Below are positions 1-11,754 of a stretch of DNA of 64,000 nt, piece by piece. The number at the start of each line of letters is the position of its first letter. The first letter of the stretch is position 1. The DNA lies in contig OZ024747.1 of assembly GCA_964016885.1 (NCBI GenBank), positions 71,052,001 to 71,116,000 on the forward strand. Reading direction: 5' to 3'. The position numbers and the translations under genes were made by a program. The notes under the pieces were generated by a model. That model did no database searches. It worked only from the letters and a program-made list of their open reading frames with translations, and had not been told where the DNA came from. This DNA is from Eledone cirrhosa. Taxonomy: Eukaryota.

Positions 1-111
1 TTAGATAATGAAACTTGGGGGCGGAGTCAATTTTGAAGGGCAATGACAACAATGAAAACGTGTTAGAAGGTCACAAGGTTAGGGAGATAGGGTGTGTGAA
101 ACAGAGAGAAA

Positions 112-175
<64 letters not shown>

Positions 176-838
176 AAATAGAGAGGAAAGAGGGAAAGAG
201 GTGTGTCTGAATTAGATTTACATCACTTATAATTGAAGGAGGAAAATAAAGAGGAAAACGAAGAAGGTACGCACATATTCGATGTGTGTATGAATCATAA
301 TTTCTCAATATATTTATTGACAGCTCAACCTAGGAAACTGGTATTTAACACTGTTTTCAAAAATGCTAGACCTTCCTCCAAACGAAAGGGAACAAAATTG
401 GTCGCTGAAATTGCGAGACATAGCAGCCATATCATTCCCCAAATACCCATTAACAAACGATACGCAAAATAACAAATGACACATTGGTTAAAGTATCCCA
501 AAGTATCATATATCTAATAAAAAAAATTTTTAAAAACTGACATTAAGTAATTACTGGAATACAGTAAAATTATACGTTAGGTCTGAGTTGACAAACACAA
601 GAAGAACATATGCTCTAATTTACTTTATTCATATAAATATATATATTTACATTTCTCTATTTTCTTATATAATTGCTGTATATAGTGTATTTTATAGATC
701 GGCATACATGTTAGCGCGGGATGGATTATTTGTGTTATTTATTACAATGCTTTACATTTGAGTTCAAACGCACCCAAGGTCAATTTACTTGTCATAAATA
801 GGGAATCGATAACATAAAGTATTGTACATATATATTTA

Positions 839-871
<33 letters not shown>

Positions 872-985
872 GTGTGTGTACGCGTGTGTGTGTGTATGTG
901 TGCGCGTATGTTTATATCTATACGTATATATATATGTATATATATATATATATATATAAACAATTATATATATATATATATATAT

Positions 986-1175
986 AATTGTTTCCACTTT
1001 TGGCACAAGGCCAGCAATTACCCCAGTACATTACTGGTACTTTATTTTATCGACCCCGTAAGCATGAAAGGCAAAGTTAACCCCGGCGGGATTTGAACTC
1101 AGAACGTAAAGGAACATACCTCTATGCTGAAAACCATGTTGCTGACGCCCTCCCAATACTGCCAATCCACCGCCC
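986..1175 (-). mobile_element. tRNA-derived SINE (family A, Meta/MESC-core-like)
   Basis: Pol III A-box TGGCAGTATTGG, B-box GAGTTCAAATCC, core GCCTTTCATGCTTACGGGGTCGATAAAATAAAGTACC and AT-rich tail on the minus strand; many copies in the window. Confidence 0.85.
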
Positions 1176-1193
1176 TATATATATAATAATTAA

Positions 1194-1386
1194 TAATAAG
1201 GAGCAGGAACGAAGTATCAATATAGCATCATTATGTTTATTCACATGTTACGCCTGTTTCGGGATCGATCAGCTCAAGGTACGATCGTTAGTGATCGAGC
1301 CCGTCTCTAGAATCGATAGCTTATCACACTTGTAGATTCTTGAACCTAATGATAGTATATTGATATTTTCTTCCTGCTCCTTATTT
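1194..1386. mobile_element. Inverted-repeat cassette (PLE-end-like) with degenerate hammerhead-like core
   Basis: ~38-bp arms AATAAGGAGCAGGAA..CATCATT / AATGATAG..TTCCTGCTCCTTATT; minus strand interior reads CTAGAGA-stem(GGGCTCGATCA/TGATCGATCCC)-GAAAC-AGGC-GTA. Confidence 0.6.
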
Positions 1387-1510
1387 ACGGTCTGAGTTCA
1401 AATCCCGCCGAGGTTAACTTTGTCTTTCATCCTTACGGGGTCGATAAAATAAAGTACCAGTAATACACTGGGATAATTGCTGGCCTTGTGCCAAAAGTAG
1501 AAATAATTAT
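1385..1510 (+). mobile_element. SINE family A, 5'-truncated
   Basis: B-box, core and tail match the other copies. Confidence 0.8.
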
Positions 1511-1620
1511 TAATATTATTAACACTGTTGAAACCCCTAACGTCGAATACCACATCAGCGGCCGGACCCATATTAGCATCGAGTGCTCAAACTGTTGAAC
1601 ATTTCTAATTTCTCATTCTT

Positions 1621-1656
1621 TCTTCTGATGAAGGACTAGCGTCCAAAACGTTAAGA
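1621..1656 (+). ncRNA. Minimal type I hammerhead ribozyme motif with G12A change (probably inactive)
   Basis: TCTT-CTGATGA-A-GGAC/tagc/GTCC-AAAA-CGT-T-AAGA; homologous copy at 36948-36983. Confidence 0.6.
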
Positions 1657-1736
1657 CCCTCTTCCTGGTATTTCAAGCGTTAACCTAATATATTCCTTCC
1701 ATATACTGTACCGATTGTGTTGTTATTTCTATTTAC

Positions 1737-1826
<90 letters not shown>

Positions 1827-2439
1827 CTAGCTAAAGTACCCCTCCTTTGGACGGTTCAAGTAGCTTTCGATGTAGCTCATTAAACTAAACAAAGTAAATT
1901 TGAATACATAGAAGAAAAACGTACTTTATGTAAACATGAAAACCTTAGGTACTATTCCAGCGAAATAATTAATGTGAACTCGGTATCATCCGTTAGTAAT
2001 CTGTTAGAAATTGCTGGTTGTGAAATATACAAAATGATATTGTTAGTCTTAAGGAGGCGTACCTTTTGTTTCAAGTGCAAAGAGTAAAGTAAAATCCGAA
2101 TGAGCCGAATTGTAATAATCAAAATCCCAACATCAAAAATGAGTTCCTATTGTATTGACGAAACATAACTCTTGTCTTACTTAAAGATAACTCTTGTCTT
2201 ACTTAATCACGGAAATTGACATAAATAACCGAAACTTTTTTAATATCTCCAAAGGCCCCAATATCGATTTTTGAAAGCCTTTGTAGATCATGTACAGGTT
2301 CTGTGCAAGGAGAAGCTCTGTAAAAAATTTCAAAGAAATCGCATGAATGGTTTAGAATATATGAGCCCTCATTAAAAATTGTCCACACACACATATGCAC
2401 ACACACACGCAGAAAACTTCATCTTTATATATATACAGA
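1827..2439 (-). mobile_element. Non-autonomous Helitron
   Basis: Minus strand begins A|TCTGTATATATATAAAG and ends with hairpin CCGTCC-AAA-GGAGGG followed by CTAG|T; inserted in (TA)n. Confidence 0.75.
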
Positions 2440-2463
2440 TATATATAGATAGAGCGAGAGAGT

Positions 2464-2534
<71 letters not shown>

Positions 2535-2616
2535 TGTGTGTGTCTGCGGCGCTGAGACAGGGGGAGAACACTAATCATGTGAGTACTCGATACATAGGGA
2601 GATGTAGAGTGGGTAT

Positions 2617-2715
2617 AGAGATGTGTAAAATACCGACTGCAGTGTCAAGGGGTTTTGGCTTGTGTGACACAAGCCAAAACCCTTTTCCACCGCGGTCGGG
2701 TTTTTATACATCTCT
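2617..2715. repeat. ~100-bp imperfect palindrome flanked by (GA)n and (TC)n
   Basis: AGAGATGTGTAAAATACCGAC..GGTTTTGGCTTGTGT-G-ACACAAGCCAAAACC..GTCGGGTTTTTATACATCTCT. Confidence 0.75.
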
Positions 2716-2727
2716 CGCTCTCTCTCG

Positions 2728-2809
<82 letters not shown>

Positions 2810-2849
2810 TTCTATATATATATTATGATTGCTTCATCTTCTCAGTTGA

Positions 2850-3398
2850 TAATCGTCTTAATCCCTCCAGCAAGTTTACACCCTTCCATGTGCGCGAAGG
2901 TGACTTTCAATCCAGCAACTGATTTACAAGGTCTTTGGTACAAGTACCAGATCTATGCCACTATATGCACTGGATTTATTGATCAGGATGTGAAATTTCG
3001 TGTTGATGAACCTTCATATGGCGTTTTAACCAGGAGGTTGTTTTACATATCTTGCAACAAATGTTGCACATCTGAGGGTGGAGGGAGATTTACGACATAA
3101 ACTACTTATGTCATTGTCTCTTTATGCGTTTTCATACGGTGGAATCTTTCAAGTATCTTATTGCTGGTGAATGATCCGTCTTTCACGCCCATACTAAAAA
3201 ACCTGTTAGCACATATGCCTCATAAACAGTTAATTTTTGTCCTCAATGTTATGCCTCTGTCTGAGTCACTAGTTTTCCAAATGCAGCGCATGCTTTCTGT
3301 ATTTGGAGATGTATTTCTGCACTTAAACTCCCGTCCCTCGACAGAGTACTGCCCAGATACACAAAAACATCCTCCACCGCCAGCCTTGTCCCATTCAC
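2850..3398 (-). pseudogene. Degenerate RTE-clade LINE 3' fragment (RT C-terminus plus C2H2-like motifs)
   Basis: Manual translation across frameshifts: VNGTRLAVEDVFVYLGSTLSRDGSLSAEIHLQIQKACAAFGKL..RGITLRTK..LERFH, then WLKRHMKVH and RPCKSVAGL..HLRAH. Confidence 0.7.
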
Positions 3399-3442
3399 AA
3401 ATATATGTATGTAAGTATGTATGTAAATATGTATGTATGTGT

Positions 3443-3771
3443 ATGGCTTTGTGGTTAAGGTATTCGGCTCACAAACGTAAGGTCGTGGGTTCGATTCTCA
3501 GTGGCGCGTTGTGTCCTTGAGCAAGACACTTTATTTCAGGTTGCTCCAGTCCACTCAGCTGGCAAAAATGAGTTGTGCCTGTAATTCGAAGGACCAACCT
3601 TGTCACATTCTGTGTCACGCTGAATCTTCCTGAGAACTACGCTAAGGGTACGCGTGTTTGTGGAATGCTCAGCCACTTATACGTTAATTTCACGAGTAGG
3701 CTGTTCCATTGATCGGATCAATTGGAACACTCGTCGCCGTAACTAACGGAGTGCTATCCATCCATCCAACC
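3443..3771 (+). mobile_element. tRNA-derived SINE (family B)
   Basis: GGCTTTGTGGTTAAG A-box region, GGTTCGATTC B-box, GTGTCCTTGAGCAAGACACTTTA core; (TGTA)n on both sides; related pieces at ~12330-12450(-), ~36165-36300(+), ~53425-53600(+). Confidence 0.75.
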
Positions 3772-3798
3772 ATGTATGTATGTATGTATGTATGTATG

Positions 3799-6700
3799 TT
3801 TTCTTTTTCTCTTAATTTTGAGTATATTTTTTTGACCGGCCACCTTCCTGGTGGCAAGGTTGTAAAAGAAAAGAAATTGTCATCCTTGAATCACAAGAAT
3901 GTTTTGCAAATTTTGAAGGTGCCAGCTATCGCAGCCATTTGTAGACTATGAATTAGGGAGCTGCGCTTTTTGTCCGCAAATCCAAGTTCAGTCATACTTT
4001 GGTCCAAGCGGGTTGGTATATAACCCGTAGCACCAATAATGATGGGTATGAAGCTAAAGGTGTATCTTGGATACTGGATTTGTAAACTCCTCATCAATGG
4101 TCCGTAGATGTCCTCCTTCTCCTGTATTTTTCTGACAACGTTTACATCAAGTGGGCAGCTGATCTCCACAACAGAACACGTTTTCAATGTGTGGTCCCAA
4201 ACTACAATATCAGGCCGGTTGTGCTTTAATTTGGTGGCAGTTTTTATTTTCAGGTTCCACCAGTATTCCTTAGTGCCATCTGTCTCAATATATTCTACCT
4301 CGTTTGTTGTTAATTTTGTTTTCCGAAGTGCGTTCCAGATGGTTCTAGCTATTCCATCGTGTCTCATGGGGAGGTAGTAGCGAGATGACATTCTTTCGCA
4401 GCTGGCAACAATGTGGCTTACATCCTCGATCTTTGTTTTACATAGCCTACATTTATTGTCAGCTGCTGGCCCTCCTCTTTTGTGCAGCAGATATTTGGTA
4501 GGGAGTTCTTGTTCCTGTATTGCATAGAGATATCCCTCAAGGTGTGATGTCATAAACTTGTCGGAACTCCATGCCAGGCTTTTTGAGTGGTTTATCCCCT
4601 CTATGGTCTGTGTTTTACGCCTCAAGTATCCATGCACAACTTTTTCTGTAAATTGGTCAATTTTTTTATCTTGTTTGAACATTGAATAGGATCTTCCGAT
4701 TTCTCTGGGTGAGAGATTTATATCAGGCTTTATTCCATATCTCTCCTCCAGATCAGTCGCTATTCTAATGATATTTCTTTTTTCATGGTCATAAACCTGG
4801 GCAAGATGGTTGCCAACCTTTTTCCTCTGTTGAAGGTGTTGCTTCAGTGTCACTATCCGGGTCTCATATGTTGTTAATATTGATTTTAGACCCCGGCCAC
4901 CTTCCTTGCGTGAGAAGTATAGCCTATCCACATCACCATTGATGTTAAAGTTCCCAGTAACACTGAGAAGTTTTCGAGTTCTAACATCCATCTCACTTAA
5001 TTCTTGCAATGACCAGTTCAGTAGGCCAAATGTTGGCGTTAGAATTGGCACAGCATAAGTATTGTGGGCAATGTATTTGTTGTATGCTGACAGTTCTGAT
5101 GACCATATTTTCTTTACTTTTCTGAGGTATTCAGTTCTGGTTCTCTCCTTATTTATGGGTCCATCATATCTGACATTCTCATCCTGTCCAAGATATCTGT
5201 AGTTGTCACCTGACTGCAAAGGTTGTATTGTCAGGCCGTTCATCTCTAGATTTCTAGAGGAGGGCACAGCTCTTCCACGTTTTACTGCCAAATATGCACA
5301 CTTGGACTCACCAAATTTCATTTTGATGTCGGTTGAAAATTGTGTAATGAGGTCCAATTGTTTCTTGATGTCATTGATATTTGGCCCATACAACTTCAGG
5401 TCATCAACAAAGAAAAGATGGGAGATACTTCTGGTCCCACTTCTTTGTCCACCTTGTTTCCTGGGTAGGTAAGATAGTGGATTCAGTGAGAGAACGAAGA
5501 GTAGCACTGACAAGCTATCACCCTGAAAGATGTCCTTCTGGTAATGTATCTTATCAGTCTTAACCTGCTCCTTCTCACCTCTAAGGATCAAACTGGTGTA
5601 CCAGTTCTTGGTCAGGCGTTCAACAGCAGCTACCAATGGTTGTGGGACTTTAGCTAACTGTAAAGCCTTAACAATCCACCCATGAGGTACACTATCAAAT
5701 GCTTTTTGATAGTCCAGCCACACGACAGTCATGTTTCTGCGATTCTTTGTTGTTTTTTCCTGAATCATTTTGTTAGTTAGTAGGTGATCTATGCAACCCC
5801 ACACCTCCCTCTTTCCACCAGCTTGCTCAGGTGTTATGATGTTGTTGGTAGCACAGTGATCCTGTAAGAACAGGTTAAGGCACCCAGTATATAATTTATA
5901 CATGATGTTTTGGTAGGCAATTGGGCGGTAATTTTTAGCAAGGGTGGTTTGGCTATTTTTGGGAATGAGGAGAGTAGAGGCAGTTGATAACCATCTGGGC
6001 AGTTCTTGTGTGCCCTTAATGGTTTCTGTAAACAGCCGTATGAGATCTTGCCGATAGAAAGTGAAATTCTTCAACCAGTATCCTGTAATGAGGTCTGGGC
6101 CTGGCGATTTCCTATTCGACATTTTCTGTAGAGCTGTTTCCAGTATTGACCCATCTATGTCATATTGTTTTGTCTGGACATGTTGGCAGTAGTCCTGTTC
6201 CAGTTCTTTTAGCCAATTAGCTTGTCTGTTGAATCCGTCATCCGTTTCCCATACAGATCTCCAGTAGCTCTCAACCTGTTCTTTTGAAGGGGTGTCATTT
6301 ACAGAGATTGAGCTTTTGCCACCGAAGCTGCGATAAACTGATTTAGGATCTCTGGCAAACAATCTATTTAGCACTTGTCGTTTATGTGCTGTTGACTTAT
6401 ATTTTAGTCTTTCTGTTGTAGCTGTGAGTTGTTGTTTCAACTGGTGTAATTTGGAGTTCAAAGTTTTAAATTTTGTATCTCCAAATCTTCTCTCTAACTT
6501 TTTCTTTAGGTCTTCCTGGTGTTGTGTGAAGTTGCTCTCTATGTTGCATTTCATAACGACTGCGATGTGTGAGATACTTCGTCTCAGGGACAAAATTTTG
6601 GTTTTTAAATTTCGCATCCACGCTGGTTCAGGCTTTCTGTTTGTATCTTGATTGCGTGGTTTTAGATGTGTGTTATATGATAGCAATGTGACAGCTGAAA

Positions 6701-8021
6701 CATATAACAAAACATTAAGCGTTTCAAATGTCGTTTCTAGACCTTTAGATCGTATAGCCTTCAGATAATTGCCAGCTATTTCGTTCACCGCTTCCAATTC
6801 CAATTTAGTGGGTTCTTTACTGACTCTAGTGTTGTATGGTCTGTCACTCACATTAAGGCTGTGTATCTCTTGAAACATATCATTCCATATCACTTGTACG
6901 GAGCCCACAAGTTTTTGGTGCTCTGTTTGTTCAGTAGAGTCATGAATTTCAGCCTCGTTGTTGATGTGGTGACAATTACTACTAGAGTCAGCTGACCTTT
7001 CTCGCTGTTCTTCAGTGGAAGTGGGATGAATTTCAGCAAAATTGTTGGTGAGCTGTTCACTGTTAGATTTAGCTGGCCATTCTCTTTGTCTGTCAGTGGA
7101 GGTGGGGTGGTTGTCTACAAGGGCTGTATTTGTAGTATCACTCGATTCCGTTAGATGTATCAATTTACATCTAATGATACGTTTTGCCTGTTCATTTAAA
7201 TGCTTTGGAGAAAAGTCTAATTCTGGGTGTTTGGAGTTCCATAAAGTTTTTAGTCTTTGCATAAAACCGAACTTTTGGGGTTCAGATTGTTTGTATGCTT
7301 CATATAATACTTTGTTAAGCTCGTAGCTCCACTGTGTACAACGGTTGTAATTGCGATTTGGTCGAAGGAGACTTGTACTTTTTGCCATGATGAGTTCGTC
7401 TATTCACTAATATTTCGTATTTATTTTTCAAAATAGTCGATGATCTTCTTTAAAAGTTACGACAAAGTTCTGTCAGAATCAAATTTAAAGTTATTCACAG
7501 CTTGAGTAATATTTCTTTTCAGTTAGTTTTTAATTCTACAACTGTGTTTTAAACGTTGCTCTTGAATCGTTTGAATCGAGAACAAAAAGAACCGATACTT
7601 AGTATATTCCTTTATGAATGTAATATAATATAACAACGCTGTATTTATATGTTAAAGTTTATGTATCATTCATATAAATAGGTGTTCTACAACCCATTCA
7701 CAACATATTCACAGTTCAAACACTTATATTTTTGTTTCTGAATCGAAAACGTTACTTGTATATTTCTTTATAAATGTAATATAACAACGTTGCATTTATA
7801 TGTTAAAGTGTATGTATCGTTCATATATCATAAGTGTATGTATCGTTCATATAAATAGGTGTTTTACAACACACTTACAGTTCAAACACTTATGTAGAAT
7901 TATTGTATGTAATCTTACCGCGTAATGTAGCTCAACTTTTTCCAATATATGGTATGTTGCCTTCATGTAAGCCGTAATTACACACGTCCGATTATCGGAC
8001 ACTGACCACAACGGTCGCCAT

Positions 8022-8022
<1 letters not shown>
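3799..8022 (-). mobile_element. Apparently full-length R4/Dong-clade non-LTR retrotransposon in a (TACA)n microsatellite
   Basis: Single long ORF, ~630-nt 5' UTR, ~90-nt 3' UTR with A-rich end; (TGTA)n directly abuts both ends (3772-3798, 8024-8095). Confidence 0.85.
3891..7388 (-). CDS. Reverse transcriptase / restriction-like endonuclease polyprotein (R4/Dong-like), 1165 aa
   Basis: RT motifs KSPGPD, YRPI, WLDYQKAFDSVPH, IFQGDSLS, LFFVDDLKLY, YRYLG; CCHC knuckle CRLC..SHIVASC; RHD; RPDIVVWD..EISCP RLE motif. Confidence 0.95.
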   Translation of the reverse strand: MAKSTSLLRPNRNYNRCTQWSYELNKVLYEAYKQSEPQKFGFMQRLKTLWNSKHPELDFSPKHLNEQAKRIIRCKLIHLTESSDTTNTALVDNHPTSTDRQREWPAKSNSEQLTNNFAEIHPTSTEEQRERSADSSSNCHHINNEAEIHDSTEQTEHQKLVGSVQVIWNDMFQEIHSLNVSDRPYNTRVSKEPTKLELEAVNEIAGNYLKAIRSKGLETTFETLNVLLYVSAVTLLSYNTHLKPRNQDTNRKPEPAWMRNLKTKILSLRRSISHIAVVMKCNIESNFTQHQEDLKKKLERRFGDTKFKTLNSKLHQLKQQLTATTERLKYKSTAHKRQVLNRLFARDPKSVYRSFGGKSSISVNDTPSKEQVESYWRSVWETDDGFNRQANWLKELEQDYCQHVQTKQYDIDGSILETALQKMSNRKSPGPDLITGYWLKNFTFYRQDLIRLFTETIKGTQELPRWLSTASTLLIPKNSQTTLAKNYRPIAYQNIMYKLYTGCLNLFLQDHCATNNIITPEQAGGKREVWGCIDHLLTNKMIQEKTTKNRRNMTVVWLDYQKAFDSVPHGWIVKALQLAKVPQPLVAAVERLTKNWYTSLILRGEKEQVKTDKIHYQKDIFQGDSLSVLLFVLSLNPLSYLPRKQGGQRSGTRSISHLFFVDDLKLYGPNINDIKKQLDLITQFSTDIKMKFGESKCAYLAVKRGRAVPSSRNLEMNGLTIQPLQSGDNYRYLGQDENVRYDGPINKERTRTEYLRKVKKIWSSELSAYNKYIAHNTYAVPILTPTFGLLNWSLQELSEMDVRTRKLLSVTGNFNINGDVDRLYFSRKEGGRGLKSILTTYETRIVTLKQHLQQRKKVGNHLAQVYDHEKRNIIRIATDLEERYGIKPDINLSPREIGRSYSMFKQDKKIDQFTEKVVHGYLRRKTQTIEGINHSKSLAWSSDKFMTSHLEGYLYAIQEQELPTKYLLHKRGGPAADNKCRLCKTKIEDVSHIVASCERMSSRYYLPMRHDGIARTIWNALRKTKLTTNEVEYIETDGTKEYWWNLKIKTATKLKHNRPDIVVWDHTLKTCSVVEISCPLDVNVVRKIQEKEDIYGPLMRSLQIQYPRYTFSFIPIIIGATGYIPTRLDQSMTELGFADKKRSSLIHSLQMAAIAGTFKICKTFL

Positions 8023-8053
<31 letters not shown>

Positions 8054-9581
8054 TGTATGTATGTATGTATGTATGTATGTATGTATGTATGTATGTGTGT
8101 GTGTGTGTGTGCATGTGTGTATGCATGTATGTATGTCTGTATGTAAGTAAGTAGCGTTTTTTAATAAAACGTTACTACAATTTAATTTTCTAGATTCCAG
8201 AAAACATTACTTCAGGAACCACTGTACAAAACTACGTGCATATGTTATATATATATATATATATATATATATACGGGCAAATGTCACCGGTGAAGAGAAG
8301 TGTTGTCGACCGTTCGTCAATGTTAGCTGTGTTCAAATAATTTATAACACGTAATTGAAACAAAGCCGAATCCATAGCTTAAAGCTGTAGAGTAATTTGA
8401 TGTTTACTTCTGTGTGAAAATAATGTCTATATAATGTATGTAGGGCGAGAAACTAATGATAAAAATGTATAATTTGTTTTTATACTGTTTGTTATATGGC
8501 GGATGTAAAATTAAAAACAACAAAAATTGGAACATCCGCCATTAAAACCCGTGAAGGCAGTATCTAAGATATCAGTTGTGGTAAGCACACATAGAGTTTT
8601 AAAAAATCTCGACACGAAAAGAAAAGACAATTACAAAAATAGTATTAGCTGAAAAGAACAAAACGAAATGAAAGAAAGAAGACAGAAAAAGAATATTAGG
8701 CAAGTTAAAGACGAAAGGAAATGTAAAAAGTAGATATGCTAAAAGGGAAAATGGGAGAAAATGATGTAGTAGGTTTTACTCTTTTGATGTAACTACCTCA
8801 ATTCTGCAAGAGAGCTGTCGATTGTATATGTTAGCCCCAATGGTGGAGAGGCAGTGTCCACATTGTCTCAAGTGTGTGTCGAACCGAATCATCGGACATG
8901 GCATAGCGACTAGAAAGCTCCTCATCGTTGTATTGCGAAAGGTCAGCTATATTATTGCCAGCCTTCTCCTCCCAGCCGCAGCCTTTCCATGACCTCATCA
9001 CCAGTCCCCTTATATTCTTTATATTTTCGGAGAGTTGTTTTTTCCTTTATTTTTTTCCTTTCTTATTTTTTCTCTTGTGTTCTATAAGCCTTCAGCGCAT
9101 ACTTTCTTTCTATTTAAGAGTAACACCTCACTTCCCATCGCCAGCCTACAAATTTGCTTTTCTCACATTTTATTGCCCCCCCCCCCCTTTTTTTATTTGT
9201 TTCGTTTCCATTTTCTGCTCAAATTACTACTTTTTTTCTTTCTCCTTTTTTCTTCATCGTTGCTTTAAGGTGAATATTACTCTCCCCCGTTCTCCCCGGA
9301 GCTTTCTTTTCCGCACTTCCGCTGTGTATTCACACAAACACACTCACTCACACCACCACACTAATATATTATCTTCCTTTAACCACAATTTTTTGTTCTC
9401 TTTACTCTTCTTCTCCCCTTTCCCTTTGCCCCGGCTTCACGTGATAACCTTCTGCTCCCTTTTCTACTGTGCCAGCCCTTTTTATCGAAGCTATGCCGCA
9501 GAAAATATTCGCTTGCTGTACAAAGGCCACTTGCCACAATGATGAAATAAGTTCTCAAGAGAATTGCCAGACTCCACTTAC

Positions 9582-9826
9582 TGCTCTTTTTTTCTCTCTG
9601 CTAACGTTAACTGCTTCGGCATAGAATCAGATCAACATCTCGGCTTGCTAAACATAAGGTCGTCTAGGTCATGGATTACAGAATCATTTCAGGCTTGCTG
9701 TGAATCACTCTGAGAGGAGGCAAGTATCGTTTTCGCTTGCACCCAGACCGATAATTGTGATGGTGGAGTGGTGGTGGTGGCGGTGGTGCTAGAGACAAAC
9801 ATTTACAAATCTATATCAAATAACAT
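9582..9826 (-). other. Candidate exon (non-coding or terminal)
   Basis: Long T-rich tract plus CAG acceptor at 9827-9829; GCA|GTAAGT donor at 9581; early stops in all three frames. Confidence 0.25.
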
Positions 9827-10436
9827 CTGGATATAAGCAAAAAACAAAACAAAAAAATAAAAATAAAAACAATGGAACACAATTAATGATCAGCTGAGAA
9901 ATGGATTCTTTATTGAAAATACTGGTTGTAGTCAATTTTTTTCTCTCATTTCTGCGGCTTGACAAGAACATTATCCTTCTCTTTTTTTCTCTCTTTTTTT
10001 CTCTTTTTTTTTCTCTCTTTTTTTTTAAGTATCTGGTACGAGACTACCTTTAATACAAATTTGTTGAAACTGTGTTAATAGGATATCTAAATATTCTTGA
10101 TGTTAAGATAATTCATATTTCATAGTAACCTTTAGATATTTTCAGGTTTTCTTCAATGGAAATGTTATCCACAGCAAATGCTGTGAAGCAGATTGAAAAA
10201 GTTACCTAAGTGTATTCGGTTGACCCTGTATAATTTTCAGTACTATATGAAATTCTCAAATTCTTTTACTTCGAACATAATTGTGCTAATCCCCTAAGGT
10301 GGAGTATCTGTTTCAGCGCGTTCCTTCACTGCCTTCTGGGGCAATGTAGTCCTGTCAACTTTCCCCGACCGACGGAGAGATCTCCCGCAGACTTTGGGGT
10401 GGGTGAGTGATGTTTTCTCGTCTGAAAATGAGTATC

Positions 10437-10570
10437 GCTTTTATTATGTACCATGAAAAAGGGTGCCCCAAAACGGGGAGAAATGAGGTAAAAAGCGGAG
10501 CTTTTATTATGTAAAATCTCCGCTTTTTACCTCATTTCTCCCCGTTTTGGGGCACCTTTTTTCATGGTAC
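10437..10570. repeat. Templated inverted insertion flanked by a 14-bp direct repeat
   Basis: GCTTTTATTATGTA at 10437-10450 and 10500-10513; the insert is the reverse complement of 10518-10570. Confidence 0.8.
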
Positions 10571-11206
10571 ACCCCGTTTGTCAATGCATCCTCTATCCTC
10601 TCGGGGGTGGAGTTCATCTTTCAAAAGAACAAAGAGGCATGGGTGCTTTCATCCGTGGGATATTTTAGATGGATCTGCTGAAAGATATTGAAGAGGTTCA
10701 TATTGATTAAGAATATAAAATTAGGTCCTTGAGGTCAGAGTAGCTGTCTTAAGCGGTGACTAGTCACATATGTGTAGATGGGCTCACATTATTTACTGCA
10801 TTATAAAATAAAGTACCAGTAATACACTGGGATAATTGCTGGCCTCGTGCCAAAAGTAGAAACAATTATTTACTGCTCTCATTTATATTTTGATATTATG
10901 TGTACACACACACGCATACATACTTACACATGGACATATATATATATGTGTGTGTGAGAGTGTGTGTGTGTGGGTGTGGGTGTGTGTAGTCTATCTATTT
11001 ATTCCTATCAAATGTTTAATGTCTTTGTATATTGTATAACGGCGCTCTCTCGGTTTTATATAGCTGTAATTGTATATCACCGCATGTCATGTAAACCTTT
11101 TGTAACATATTGAATTATGTATTATATGTAGGAACATACAAATGTATGAGTACTTGCGACCATTAAATGAAAAAAAAAATCTATTATTATTAATATTATA
11201 ATTTAT

Positions 11207-11754
11207 GCGATGGATTAGCAGTATTGGTAGAGCGTCGGACACCCTGCTTGGCAGCATAGTTACGACCCTTTACGTTCTGAGTTCAAATCCCGCCGAGGTT
11301 GCCCTAGCCTTTCATTATTAGGGGATCAATAAAGTAAAGCACCAGTAACGCCCTGGGGTCGATTTAATCTCCTCCCCTTTAAATTGCTGGTATTGTGCCA
11401 AAAATAAAAACAATTGTTATTCTAATTAAGGCGGTATATTAGAAGTATCGGTAGAGCGTCGGACAACATTCTTTGTAGCATAGAGTTACAGCCCTTTTCG
11501 TTCTGAGTTCAAATCCGGACGAGGTTAACTTTGCCTTTCATCCTTACGGGGTCGATAAAATAAAGCACCAGTAACGCACTGGGCCGATTTAATCGACCTC
11601 CGCCCCCCTCCCCCAAAAAATTATTGGCTTTATGCATAAATCAGAAACCATCATTTACATTTGTCTTTAACACAGAGAATTGGCAGTATCGGTAGATCGT
11701 GGGATGACATACAATGCGGTATATTTTTACGTCCCTTTATGTTCTGAGTTCAAA
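11207..11754 (+). mobile_element. Tandem cluster of SINE family A (2 copies plus a 5' fragment)
   Basis: Three successive A-box/B-box heads at ~11210, ~11430 and ~11680. Confidence 0.8.

Noticed and set aside
4108-7326. Plus-strand ORFs inside the retrotransposon (also 50664-51565 in the PLE)
   Set aside because: Antisense shadows of real coding sequence
8928-9542. 204-aa Phe-rich ORF
   Set aside because: Pyrimidine-rich low complexity, non-ATG start, no domain motif
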